A stretch of 64,000 bases of DNA, taken from assembly GCA_965262935.1 (NCBI GenBank), contig OZ253572.1:4420042-4484041 (forward strand). The letters are read 5' to 3'. Each line of letters opens with the position of its first letter. The first letter of the stretch is position 1. A program made the position numbers and the translations under genes. Below are positions 36,758 to 46,469 of the stretch, one piece after another. The stretch is from Spirochaetia bacterium. GTDB taxonomy: Bacteria > Spirochaetota > Spirochaetia > SZUA-6 > Bin103. A model generated the notes under the pieces. It saw nothing but the letters and a program-made list of their open reading frames with translations, searched no databases and was not told the origin of the DNA.

Positions 36758-37711
36758 CGAGGCGCCGCGGGGCCAGAATCAGGAGGATCCCACATCCTGT
36801 GCCCGCCGCAAAAGGTCCACTTCGCCGACGCCGAGGGGCGCTTCCATCTGCGGCCGTTCGTGTACCACCTGACTACCGAGCGCAACATGGACACCTTCGC
36901 CCTGGACTGCCGGGAGGACACGACGGTGCGCTTTCCGATCCACCTGCTGGTGCGCGGCGACGAGTATCGTCTGTGGGGGCTGATCCCGGGCAGGCTGCAT
37001 CTGCTCGGCATCAGGGAAGAGGGCGCGTTCTACCTGTTCGGCACCGACCATCTGGGCCGCGACCTGTTCTCACGCGTGTTCTACGCGGCGCGCATCTCGC
37101 TGTCGATCGGCTTTGTCGGGGTGGTGATCAGCTTCGTGCTGGGCTGCATCCTGGGCGGCGTCTCCGGCTACTTCGGCGGCACCGCCGACATGGCGATCCA
37201 GCGCATGATCGAGTTTCTGAGCTCGAGTCCCCAGATCCCGCTGTGGATGGCGTTGGCCGCCGCCATCCCGCAGAGCTGGCCGGCGCTGCGCGTCTACTTC
37301 ATGATCATCGTGATCCTGTCGATCATCGGCTGGACCGGGCTGGCGCGCGTGGTGCGCGGCTACATCATCGCGCTGCGCGAGTCGGACATGGTGGTCGCCG
37401 CCCGGGTGGCGGGCGCCGGCACCGCGCCGATCCTGTACCGCCACCTGCTGCCGGCGTTTCTGAGCTACCTGATCGTGCACCTGACCCTGGCGGTGCCGAG
37501 CAAGATCCTGGCCGAGACGGCGCTGTCGTTCCTGGGCCTCGGGCTGCGGCCGCCGGTGGTGAGCTGGGGCGTACTGCTGAGCGCCGCCCAGAACGTCAAG
37601 ACGGTGTACCTCAACCTGTGGCTGATGATCCCGGCCCTGTTCGTGATCGTCACCGTGCTGGCATTCAACTTCATCGGCGACGGCATGCGCGACGCCGCCG
37701 ACCCCTACTGA
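36716..37711 (+). pseudogene. OppC/DppC-like ABC permease lacking the N-terminal ~65 residues (first TM)
   Basis: From ~36790 it aligns with residues ~65-376 of the intact paralogue at 43460-44590 (ILCPPQKVHF.. vs IFVPPQRIRMF..). The upstream part of ORF 36251-37711 is antisense to the crotonase gene. Confidence 0.65.
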
Positions 37712-37718
37712 TGGCCGT

Positions 37719-38690
37719 GTGAGGCCGCTCTTCGATCTCGACGCGGTGGTGGCGGGCGCACGCGATCTGTGCACCGCCCTGCTGCGCGACTGCGAGCCCT
37801 ACGGCTGCTTTCGCTGGCGGGAACAGCCGCTGCCCGACCTGCTCTACCTGAACGACGTGGTGATGCTGTGCTGGGTGATCGACGACCTGCCCGCCGACCC
37901 CGAGCTGCGCGCCCGCTGGGCGGCCACGCTGAACCGGTTCCAGTGCCCGGAGGGCGGCGCCTACTGGTATCCACCGTTTGCGCAGCCGAGTTGGCAGCAC
38001 GCGACCATGAACACGGTGATCGCGCTCAACATGCTGGGCGCCCGCCCGGCCTGCCCGCTCGCCATGCTGGAGCCGCTGCGCGACATCGACACCTGCCGGC
38101 GCTGGGTGGAGTCACACGCCGACCCGCTCACCGCGGTCCCCCACCACCGCTACGGGCTCGGCGCGGTGCTCATGCACAGCAGCCCGCCGCCGCCACCCGG
38201 CTGGGCGGACGTCTTCCTCGCCGCCATCCGCCGCCTGCAGAACCCGGCGACCGGCCTGTTCCCCAACGCCGCCGGGCGCGCCAACATCAGCGCCACCTTC
38301 ATGTTCGCCAAGATTCTGTTGAACGCGGGCGGCGAGCTGCCGCGCGCGGAGGCGATGTTCGACGCGCTGCTCGCCGCGCAACGCCCGCACGGCGCCTTCA
38401 CCGATCACGACACCCTCGGCTACCACGACATGGACGCCGCCTTCCTGCTCGCCCACATCGCCGAGCGCCACGGCCACCGGCGCGCCGACGCGCGCGCCGC
38501 CCTGCGCCGCCTGGCCGCCAGCTTGGGCGACCTGTGGCAGCGAGACGGCGCGTTCCGGTGCGACCCCCACCAGGCCCTGGCCCTCCTCAGCCTGGCCGGC
38601 GTGCTGGCGCGCGCCCTCGGCGCCGAGGTGGCCGGCACCGCCACCTGCCGCTTCCACTTCACCGACCCCACCCTGCTACGCGCCACCTGA
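37719..38690 (+). CDS. hypothetical protein
   Basis: 323-aa ORF with GTG start, 8 nt after the permease stop. Coding-like composition. I recognise no motif. Confidence 0.45.
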   Translation: MRPLFDLDAVVAGARDLCTALLRDCEPYGCFRWREQPLPDLLYLNDVVMLCWVIDDLPADPELRARWAATLNRFQCPEGGAYWYPPFAQPSWQHATMNTVIALNMLGARPACPLAMLEPLRDIDTCRRWVESHADPLTAVPHHRYGLGAVLMHSSPPPPPGWADVFLAAIRRLQNPATGLFPNAAGRANISATFMFAKILLNAGGELPRAEAMFDALLAAQRPHGAFTDHDTLGYHDMDAAFLLAHIAERHGHRRADARAALRRLAASLGDLWQRDGAFRCDPHQALALLSLAGVLARALGAEVAGTATCRFHFTDPTLLRAT

Positions 38691-38772
38691 TGCCGTGTGC
38701 TGTACAGATCGTCGCCGCCCGCAATACGCTACGGTGGCTGTTGCACGGACGGGCAGAGGGAGGAGAGGCTGC

Positions 38773-39702
38773 ATGGCGATAGGAAGGCACTCCAAAGAGT
38801 TACGCGCGTGGATCGACGACGCGGTCGGCTTGTCCGGCCACACGGACGGCGCGATCCACGCCGCCGCTGACGACACGCTGGCCATCGCCATGCAGCAGGG
38901 CCCGCGCCCGGAGCAGCAGGACTGCGGCGCGGCGCTGCTATGGGTGCCCCGTTTCGGCGGCTCCGCCTCCTGCGCGGCGGTGATCGCCGACGGCATGGGC
39001 GGCATGGAGGATGGCGGCTGGGCGAGTCGTCACGCGGTCGGCGTGGTCGTCGATCGCTGTCTCTCCGGCAAATACGACACGCCGCGCGACCTGCTCGCCA
39101 GCGCCCTGGCCGCGGCGCAGCGGGAAGTGCTGGAAGCGCTCGACGGCATGGGCGGCACCACGCTGACCGCCGCGGTCTGGGACCGCAGCGGCGGGATGCT
39201 CGTGCACATCGGCGACACCCGCGCGCACCTGATCGAGCCGGGGCGCCCCTTCCGGTGCCTTACCGCCGATCACACCGAGGCCGGGCATGCCGACGCGCTC
39301 GACCGCCTGACCACCGGCCGGCCAGACGAACCGTACCGGCCGACGGGGCCGGACAGCAGCCTGATCGACGTCATCGGCGTGCCGGACGGCATCCTGGCCG
39401 AACGCCACGTCCTGCATACCCCGCGCGTCGGCCGCTACGTCATGACCACGGACGGCGCGCACGACCCGATCCGGTGGGCGGGAACGGCCGCCTTCGAAGA
39501 AGGCAGCGGCGCGCAGCACTGGACCGCCCGACGCAGCGTCGAGGCGATCTGGGAGCGCCTCGCGAACGAGTCGCTGTCCGACAACGCCGCCGTCGTGGCA
39601 ATCGAGCCCGGCAGGGCCTTGCAGCATGCGGAGCAGGAGTTGCGGTCCGGCGACATCCTGCTGGTGGGCCCGACCGGGGCGCTGCGTCAGACGCTGAAGT
39701 AA
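38773..39702 (+). CDS. PP2C-family serine/threonine phosphatase
   Basis: ORF 38695-39702, start set at ATG 38773 after GGGAGGAG. AVIADGMGGMEDGGWAS, GGTTLTAAVW, VHIGDTRAHL and VMTTDGAHD are PP2C metal-binding motifs. Confidence 0.75.
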   Translation: MAIGRHSKELRAWIDDAVGLSGHTDGAIHAAADDTLAIAMQQGPRPEQQDCGAALLWVPRFGGSASCAAVIADGMGGMEDGGWASRHAVGVVVDRCLSGKYDTPRDLLASALAAAQREVLEALDGMGGTTLTAAVWDRSGGMLVHIGDTRAHLIEPGRPFRCLTADHTEAGHADALDRLTTGRPDEPYRPTGPDSSLIDVIGVPDGILAERHVLHTPRVGRYVMTTDGAHDPIRWAGTAAFEEGSGAQHWTARRSVEAIWERLANESLSDNAAVVAIEPGRALQHAEQELRSGDILLVGPTGALRQTLK

Positions 39703-39729
39703 CGCGCGCTCCGGGCTCAACCGGGTACG

Positions 39730-40023
39730 TCATGCGACTCCGGCGAGCCGCTTTACCGTATTTCTGATCGCCTCCCCGGCATCTCGCGCGGCTACCTCAA
39801 GTTCGTAGTGAGACTGCAGGTTGAGCCAGAAGGCAGCGGACACGCCAAAAGCACACTCCAGGCGCAGTGCGGTGTCCGCCGTGATGCCGCGCCGGCCACG
39901 TACAATCTCGCTGACTCGATTCTGCGGTATGCCGAGCGCCTTCGAGAGGCCGTTGGCGCTCAACCCGAAGGGCTTCATGAAGTCTTCGTGAAGGGTCACC
40001 CCTGGGTGTATGGGTCCTATCAT
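39730..40023 (-). CDS. higA: HigA-family antitoxin (XRE HTH)
   Basis: IHPGVTLHEDFMKPFGLSANGLSKALGIPQNRVSEIVRGRRGITADTALRLECAFGVSAAFWLNLQSHYEL is a textbook HigA sequence. Confidence 0.85.
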   Translation of the reverse strand: MIGPIHPGVTLHEDFMKPFGLSANGLSKALGIPQNRVSEIVRGRRGITADTALRLECAFGVSAAFWLNLQSHYELEVAARDAGEAIRNTVKRLAGVA

Positions 40024-40301
40024 CGGTGGTAATCCGTCAGCTCCACGTTGGTTGGTCCGTCGTTCCAGTCGAACACGATACGGTACTGATCATTGACGGC
40101 AACGGCCCACTGGCCGGCGCGGTCGCCCCTGAGCCGATGCAGCCGTGCGCCGGGGTTGTTGCGCAGGTCATCCAGCGTGGCCGCGGCATTGAGGACGTTG
40201 AGCCTGCGCTTGGCCTGAGCTTGGATGCTCTGGAACCGGCGCACGCGCTGGTCGAGCCAGACGGCCTCCGTATCCCGGTCGGCAAACGACCGCAACGGCA
40301 T
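40020..40301 (-). CDS. higB: HigB-type toxin (RelE/ParE superfamily, plasmid maintenance killer)
   Basis: FADRDTEAVW..., LDDLRNNPGARLHRLRGDRAGQWAVAVNDQYRIVFDW...VELTDYH. The stop overlaps the higA start by 4 nt. Confidence 0.85.
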   Translation of the reverse strand: MPLRSFADRDTEAVWLDQRVRRFQSIQAQAKRRLNVLNAAATLDDLRNNPGARLHRLRGDRAGQWAVAVNDQYRIVFDWNDGPTNVELTDYHR

Positions 40302-40432
40302 GGATCAATATGTAATACGGCGTGCGTATATGTCAACGCCCTGCCGGGTCACGCAGGTGGAATTGTGTACAGGGCACGCGAGGTCTGCTATTCTCGGCGG
40401 TGCTATTGTCTGCACCACCCAAGGAGGTTGTT

Positions 40433-42358
40433 GTGTACCGAATACTCTCTCTGATTGCCGCGCTGGCATTGCTCGTTGCCGCGGGGGCCTGGGCCGGCGG
40501 CGAGACGGAACAGGCCGGCGCCGCGCCGGCGACCGATGTCGACACCAGTGTTATGGAGGCGCCGGCGCTGGCGGCCCTGGTCGCTTCCGGCGAACTGCCG
40601 CCGCTCGCCGAGCGCCTGCCGGACGAGCCGCTGGTGATCACCCCGCGCGACGAGCCGGGCCGCTACGGCGGCACCCTGCGCCGCGCCTGGCGCGGTCCGT
40701 CGGACGGCTCCAACGTCAAGCGCCTCATGTCGCAGCGCCTGGTCCGCTTCACCCCCGACGTCAGCGCGATCATCCCGAACCTGGCGACCGGTTTCGACGT
40801 GGGGGACGGCGGGCGCGAGTTCGTCTTCCACCTGCGCCCCGGCACCCGCTGGTCGGACGGCGACGAGTTCTCGGCCGAGGACTTCGTCTGGTGGTACGAG
40901 AACATCTTCACGAACACCGAGATCACCCCGCGGCCCTGGTCGTGGCTGACGGTCGCCGGCGAACCGGTCAAGGTCGACAAGCTGGACGATTACACGGTGC
41001 GGTTCCGCTTCAAGGAGCCGTACGGCCTGTTCACGGCATTTCTGTCCGCTTCGCAGGGCTTCAACTTCATCCTGCCGTCCCACTTCCTGAAGCAGTTCCA
41101 TCCCGACTTCGCCGACGCCGACGAGCTGGCGGCAATGATGAAGGAAGCGGGGGTCGAGGAATGGACCCGGCTCATCGGGCCGCACCTCGGCGGCCGCCGG
41201 ATCTACACGCCGGGTGACCCCTCCCTGAGCGCCTGGGTGGCGGTAACCGATCCCGCCTCCACGCGCTTGGTGATGGAGCGCAACCCCTACTTCTGGTGGG
41301 TGGATACCGAGGGGCGCCAGTTGCCCTACATCGACCAGGTCACCTTCGACCTGGTGACCGACGGCGAGGTAATCAACCTGAAGGCGTCGGCGGGCGAGCT
41401 GGACTTCCAGTTCCGCCACCTGAGCCCGACCAACTTCACCCTGTTCAAGGAGAACGAGGAACGAGGCGGCTATCGCACCTTGACCTACATCCACGATCGG
41501 GAGCAGGACGGCATCATCAGCATCAACCTGTCCAACAAGGACCCGGACAAGCGCGCCGTGGTGAGTGACGCGCGCTTCCGCAAGGCGATGTCCCACGCGC
41601 TCAACCGCAACGACATCAACGAGCTGGTGTACGGTGGCCTGGCCGGCATTCCGGCCCAGGCACAGCCGTTTCCCGAGTCGCCGTTCCACCTGCCCGAGTT
41701 GGCCACCGCCTACGTGGATTACGACCCCGACAAGGCCAACGCGCTGCTCGACGAGATGGGGCTGAGCGCCCGCGACGGCAGGGGCTTCCGGCTGGGCCTC
41801 AGCGGCGAGCCCTTCAGCCTCACCCTCGAAATCACCGACAATTTTTCCGACCTCGCCGAGTTGACCCGGGAATACTGGCAGGCGGTCGGCGTCAAGACCA
41901 ACATGAAGGTGATCGAACGCTCCCTGTGGCAGGAGCGCTACGAGACCAACGAGATGGACGTGAGCATGTGGGGCGGCAGTGGCGGCATGATGCCGCTGAC
42001 CTGGCCGCGCTACTACGTGCCCACCGGCGGGCAGGTGCTGTGGGCGCCGGCGTGGCAGTTCTGGTACGAGAGCGGCGGCGTGCGGGGCGAAGAGCCGCCC
42101 GACTACGTAAAGCAGGCGATTGCGCTGTACGAGGAGATCAAGCTGACCGTCGATCCCGAAAAGCAGCACGAACTGTTCAAGGATATCCTGCGCCTGAAGT
42201 TGGAGCACCTGTGGGATATCGGCACTCTGAGCCCGCCGACGCCTATCATCGGGGTGGTCAACGCAAAGATGCGCAACGTACCGGAGCGGGCGCCCTACAG
42301 CGCCATCTCGCGTTCGCCCGGAAGCTTCCAGCCGGAGCAGTTTTACTACGTCGAGTGA
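40433..42358 (+). CDS. ABC transporter substrate-binding protein, family 5 (peptide/nickel type)
   Basis: ORF 40322-42358, start set at GTG 40433 after AAGGAGG. Signal peptide YRILSLIAALALLVAAGAWAGG. Typical SBP_bac_5 segments (WSDGDEFSAEDFVWWYEN, NPYFW, YDPDKANALLDEMG). Confidence 0.85.
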   Translation: MYRILSLIAALALLVAAGAWAGGETEQAGAAPATDVDTSVMEAPALAALVASGELPPLAERLPDEPLVITPRDEPGRYGGTLRRAWRGPSDGSNVKRLMSQRLVRFTPDVSAIIPNLATGFDVGDGGREFVFHLRPGTRWSDGDEFSAEDFVWWYENIFTNTEITPRPWSWLTVAGEPVKVDKLDDYTVRFRFKEPYGLFTAFLSASQGFNFILPSHFLKQFHPDFADADELAAMMKEAGVEEWTRLIGPHLGGRRIYTPGDPSLSAWVAVTDPASTRLVMERNPYFWWVDTEGRQLPYIDQVTFDLVTDGEVINLKASAGELDFQFRHLSPTNFTLFKENEERGGYRTLTYIHDREQDGIISINLSNKDPDKRAVVSDARFRKAMSHALNRNDINELVYGGLAGIPAQAQPFPESPFHLPELATAYVDYDPDKANALLDEMGLSARDGRGFRLGLSGEPFSLTLEITDNFSDLAELTREYWQAVGVKTNMKVIERSLWQERYETNEMDVSMWGGSGGMMPLTWPRYYVPTGGQVLWAPAWQFWYESGGVRGEEPPDYVKQAIALYEEIKLTVDPEKQHELFKDILRLKLEHLWDIGTLSPPTPIIGVVNAKMRNVPERAPYSAISRSPGSFQPEQFYYVE

Positions 42359-42453
42359 CGCCGGCGGCGCTCGCGAGACACGTCAAGGGGAGGCGGTGTG
42401 GCAACGCACCTGCCTCCCCGTTTGCTGAACGCACACAAGAGTGAGCCGGTAGA

Positions 42454-43449
42454 ATGTTCCGTTACATCGGGCGGCGGCTGTTCTACATGGTGCCGACGCT
42501 GCTGATCATTTCGATCATCAGCTTCATCCTCATCCAGCTGCCGCCCGGCGATTACCTGAGCGCCATGCAGGCCGAACTCTCGGAAACCGGCGACTGGGTC
42601 GACAACGAGACGCTGGACGCCCTGCGGCGCCGCTACGGCCTGGACAAACCGATGTGGCAGCAGTACCTGATCTGGCTGTGGGGCGTGATGCAGGGCGACT
42701 TCGGCGTATCGTTCGACTGGGACAAGCCGGTGTCGGAGCTGATCTGGAGCCGGCTCGGGCTCACCATGCTGGTTACCCTGGCGACCCTGATCTTCACCTA
42801 CGTGGTGGCGATCCCGATCGGGATCTACTCGGCCACCCGCCAGTACTCGCTGCTCGACTACGGCTTCACGTTCACCGGCTTCATCGGGCTGGCCACGCCC
42901 AACTTCCTGCTCGCGCTGGTGCTGATGTTCGTGTTCTACCGGGTGTTCGGGCTCAGCATCGGCGGCCTGTTCTCGCCGCACATGATCGGCGCCCCCTGGT
43001 CGTTGGCGCGCGTCTTCGACCTGATCAGCCATCTGTGGATCCCGGTCATCGTGATCGGCACTGCCGGCACCGCCGGGCTGATGCGGGTGATGCGCGGCTG
43101 TCTACTCGATGAGATCCGCAAACAGTATGTCGTCACCGCTCGATCCAAGGGCGTGGGCGAGATTCGCCTGCTGTTCAAATACCCGGTGCGCATCTCGCTG
43201 TTCCCGATCGTGTCCACCATCGGCTGGCTGCTGCCGGAGATCATCTCCGGTTCCGCGATCACGGCGGTGGTCCTGAGCCTGCCGACCACCGGACCGCTGC
43301 TGCTGCAGGCGCTGCTCAGCCAGGACATGTTCCTGGCCGGTTCGTTCCTGTTCGTGCTGGCCACGCTGACGGTGATCGGCACCCTGGTATCGGACATCCT
43401 GCTGGTGATACTCGACCCGCGCATCCGCTTCGAGCGGGCGGAGACTTAG
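42454..43449 (+). CDS. ABC transporter permease (OppB/DppB-like)
   Basis: MFRYIGRRLFYMVPTLLIISIISFILIQLPPGDY..., and the EAA-loop region YVVTARSKGVGEIRLLFKYPVR. Confidence 0.9.
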   Translation: MFRYIGRRLFYMVPTLLIISIISFILIQLPPGDYLSAMQAELSETGDWVDNETLDALRRRYGLDKPMWQQYLIWLWGVMQGDFGVSFDWDKPVSELIWSRLGLTMLVTLATLIFTYVVAIPIGIYSATRQYSLLDYGFTFTGFIGLATPNFLLALVLMFVFYRVFGLSIGGLFSPHMIGAPWSLARVFDLISHLWIPVIVIGTAGTAGLMRVMRGCLLDEIRKQYVVTARSKGVGEIRLLFKYPVRISLFPIVSTIGWLLPEIISGSAITAVVLSLPTTGPLLLQALLSQDMFLAGSFLFVLATLTVIGTLVSDILLVILDPRIRFERAET

Positions 43450-43459
43450 TAGCTAGCGT

Positions 43460-44590
43460 ATGGCCGACACGCTGCAGCAGGCGACGAAGCGCGGCATCGA
43501 GGAGACCGACGAACGGGAGAGCTACTTCCTCGCCTCGCAGTGGCAGCTCATGTGGCGCAACTTCAAACGCCATCGGCTGGCCTTGGTCAGCGCCGCGGTG
43601 CTGGCGATCGCCTACCTGGTCGGGATCGTGGCGCCGTTCGTGGCGCCCTACAGGTTGGAGCAGCGCCACGTCGAGTACATCTTCGTGCCGCCGCAGCGCA
43701 TCCGCATGTTCTCCGAAGGTCGTCTGGTTGCGCCCTACGTGGTCGGGCTGCAGAAGCACATCGACCAGGAGACGCTGCGCCGGATATATACGCCGACCGG
43801 CGAGCGCTACCCGATCCGGCTGTTGGGGCGGGGGGCGGAGTACCGGCTGTGGGGGCTGTTCCCGACCGACCGCCACCTGTTCTCGGTTGCGGAAGGGGGA
43901 GTGGTGTTCCTGCTCGGCACCGACCGCATGGGCCGCGACCTGTTCTCACGCATCGTGTACGGCGCGCGCATCTCGCTCACCATCGGCTTGCTCGGGGTGT
44001 GCTTCTCGCTGCTGATCGGCCTCACCTTGGGCGGCATCTCGGGCTACTTCGGCGGCGCCGCGGACATGATCGTGCAGCGCATCATCGAAGTCATCATGTC
44101 GTTTCCCACCATCCCGCTGTGGATGGCGCTGAGCGCGGCGCTGCCGCCCGATTGGTCGTCGCTGGCGGTATACTTCGCCATCACCATCATCGTGTCGCTG
44201 ATCGGCTGGACCGGACTGGCGCGGGTGGTGCGCAGCAGACTGCTGTCGGTGCGCGAGCAGGACTTCATCTCGGCGGCCAAGATCGCCGGCAGCAGCGTGC
44301 CGGACATCGTGCGCCGCCACATGCTGCCGAGCATGCTCAGCTACATCATCGTGTCGCTGACCCTGTCGGTGCCGGGCATGATCCTGGCCGAGACCTCGCT
44401 GTCGTTCCTGGGCCTGGGGCTGCGCGCGCCGGTGACCAGCTGGGGCGTGCTGCTGAAGGAGGCGCAGAACGTGCAGACGGTGGGCATCAACCCGTGGCTG
44501 ATCCTGCCGGTGTTCGCGGTGATCGTCACCGTACTGGCCTACAACTTCCTCGGCGACGGCCTGCGCGACGCCGCCGACCCCTACCGCTAG
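43460..44590 (+). CDS. ABC transporter permease (OppC/DppC-like)
   Basis: 376-aa ORF. LGTDRMGRDLFSRIVYGARISL, FISAAKIAGSSVPDIVRRHMLP and NFLGDGLRDAADP. No ATPase genes follow. Confidence 0.9.
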   Translation: MADTLQQATKRGIEETDERESYFLASQWQLMWRNFKRHRLALVSAAVLAIAYLVGIVAPFVAPYRLEQRHVEYIFVPPQRIRMFSEGRLVAPYVVGLQKHIDQETLRRIYTPTGERYPIRLLGRGAEYRLWGLFPTDRHLFSVAEGGVVFLLGTDRMGRDLFSRIVYGARISLTIGLLGVCFSLLIGLTLGGISGYFGGAADMIVQRIIEVIMSFPTIPLWMALSAALPPDWSSLAVYFAITIIVSLIGWTGLARVVRSRLLSVREQDFISAAKIAGSSVPDIVRRHMLPSMLSYIIVSLTLSVPGMILAETSLSFLGLGLRAPVTSWGVLLKEAQNVQTVGINPWLILPVFAVIVTVLAYNFLGDGLRDAADPYR

Positions 44591-44824
44591 CCACGCCGCC
44601 CCACCTACCGCAGAAATAACCCTCGATTTCGTCGGTCTGGGGGTTGACACGGTTTTGGCCGTCCGATCCGGAAGCGTGCCCGACCCTGCCGCAATCCTGC
44701 GTACCGCGGGCGTAGCGGGCGCTGTCCCGGCTCGCCCGCCACCAATCGACCCGAAAAGCCGAAAGTCGGCGTCCGGCGCCGCCACGGGCCGTCAGGGGGT
44801 GTCTGAAATCCGGGTGTACGATGG

Positions 44825-46444
44825 ATGATCATGGAACACGACACGATCACGATTTCGCAGGCGACGGCAGTGACGACGCCTGAACCGCCGGTGGTTATGC
44901 CGCCGGCCGAGCTGGAACTGCTCGGCAACCAGATCGCCGAGTTGTCGGCGCGCATCGACGCCGCCACCTACGAACTGCTGTGCCACCTGCACGAGTTCGA
45001 TCTCCGGCACGGCTGGGAAGGTTGGCGCTCCTGCGCCCACTGGCTCAACTGGCGCACGGGCATCGACCTCGGCGCCGCGCGTGAGAAACTGCGCGTCGCC
45101 GCCGCGCTGGCCGATCTCAACCACGTCTCTGCCGCCATGGCCCGCGGCCAGCTGTCCTACTCGAAGGTGCGCGCCCTGACCCGGGTGGCCTCCCCCGCCA
45201 CCGAAGCGCGGCTGCTGGCGGTCGCCTTGTGCGCCACCGCTGCGCAGGTGGAGCGGCTGGTGCGGGCCTGGCGGCGGGCGGACCGCGACGCACAGCCGGA
45301 TGCCGAGCAGGTGCTCCTGGCCAGCCGCACCCTGAGCATGCACATGGACGTGGACGGCATGGTGGTGCTGCGCGGGCGGCTGCCGCCGGAGGTGGGCGCG
45401 CTGCTGCTGCGCGCCGTGGAGGCGGCACTGGAGCAGGTGCCGGCGAGCGCGGAGGGCGGCGAGCCCACGATCGCGCAGCGGCGTGCCGATGCGCTGGGGC
45501 TGGTGGCCGAGAGTGCGCTGGCCGGCGGGCTCGATCCGGGCAACCCCGCCGACCGCTTCCAGGTAACCGTCCACGTGCAAGCGGACGCTCTTCCCGCCCG
45601 CGACCCGGCCGACGAAGCACCGCGCGTTTCCGCGGAAACGCGAGAGGTCAGCCTGACGCTGTCGGAGCCGGTAGCTCCGGCAGCGCCGCGCGTTGCCGCC
45701 GATACGCGCGTGGTCAGCCCGCCGCCGCCGGAGCCGGGCGCGCAGACCACGAACCTTGGCGCGGAGCAGGCGACGATTGCCGCGCCTCACATTTCCGCGG
45801 AAACGTTCGAGGTCAGCGGAGCGGCTCTTGAACGTGTGGCTCCGGAAACAGACCTGGACGCCGGCCAGGCCGTCATCGAACAGTTGGGGGGCCTCCACGT
45901 CGGCAGGGAGGCGGCCCGCCGCGTGGCCTGCGATGCCGGCATCGTGGTGCTGCGCCACGCCGCCGATGGTCAGGTTCTGGATGTCGGGCGCAGGAGCCGC
46001 ACCGTGCCGAGCGCAATGCGCCGCGCCCTGCTCAGCCGGGACCGCGGCCAGTGCCAGTTTCCGGGCTGCGAGTCGCGCCATTGCGATGCCCATCACGTCG
46101 AGCACTGGGCGGACGGCGGGGAGACCCGGCTGCAGAACTTGGTTCTGGCGTGCCGTTTTCACCATCGCGCGCTGCACGAAGGGGGCTTTCGGGTGGTTCT
46201 GGGAGACACGGATGGGCAGTTCCGGTTCCTGCGCCCGGACGGCGAGCCGTTGCCCGCGGCGCCGCCGGTGTCGAGCTGGGAAGGGGCGCCGCTGGCGCCG
46301 ACGGAGGCGCGGCTGGCGGCAGCCGGCGTCAGCATCGGTCCGCATACCGCCACGCCGGAGTGGTACGGGGAGTCGCTGGACCTGACGGCGGCGCTGGACG
46401 TGCTGTGGGAGCCGCCGGCGGCCGTCGCGCTCGGCGGTCCCTGA
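44825..46444 (+). CDS. DUF222 / HNH endonuclease protein (REP13E12-type), copy 2
   Basis: 539-aa ORF. DUF222-type N-terminus (LLGNQIAELSARIDAATYELLCHLHEFD...SCAHWLNWRTGI...YSKVRALTRVA). HNH tail RDRGQCQFPGCESRHCDAHHVEHWADGGETRLQNLVLACRFHHRALHEGG. An alternative start is ATG 44831. Confidence 0.85.
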   Translation: MIMEHDTITISQATAVTTPEPPVVMPPAELELLGNQIAELSARIDAATYELLCHLHEFDLRHGWEGWRSCAHWLNWRTGIDLGAAREKLRVAAALADLNHVSAAMARGQLSYSKVRALTRVASPATEARLLAVALCATAAQVERLVRAWRRADRDAQPDAEQVLLASRTLSMHMDVDGMVVLRGRLPPEVGALLLRAVEAALEQVPASAEGGEPTIAQRRADALGLVAESALAGGLDPGNPADRFQVTVHVQADALPARDPADEAPRVSAETREVSLTLSEPVAPAAPRVAADTRVVSPPPPEPGAQTTNLGAEQATIAAPHISAETFEVSGAALERVAPETDLDAGQAVIEQLGGLHVGREAARRVACDAGIVVLRHAADGQVLDVGRRSRTVPSAMRRALLSRDRGQCQFPGCESRHCDAHHVEHWADGGETRLQNLVLACRFHHRALHEGGFRVVLGDTDGQFRFLRPDGEPLPAAPPVSSWEGAPLAPTEARLAAAGVSIGPHTATPEWYGESLDLTAALDVLWEPPAAVALGGP

Positions 46445-46469
46445 CCGCGCCGCCCTGCGCGCGGCAACG

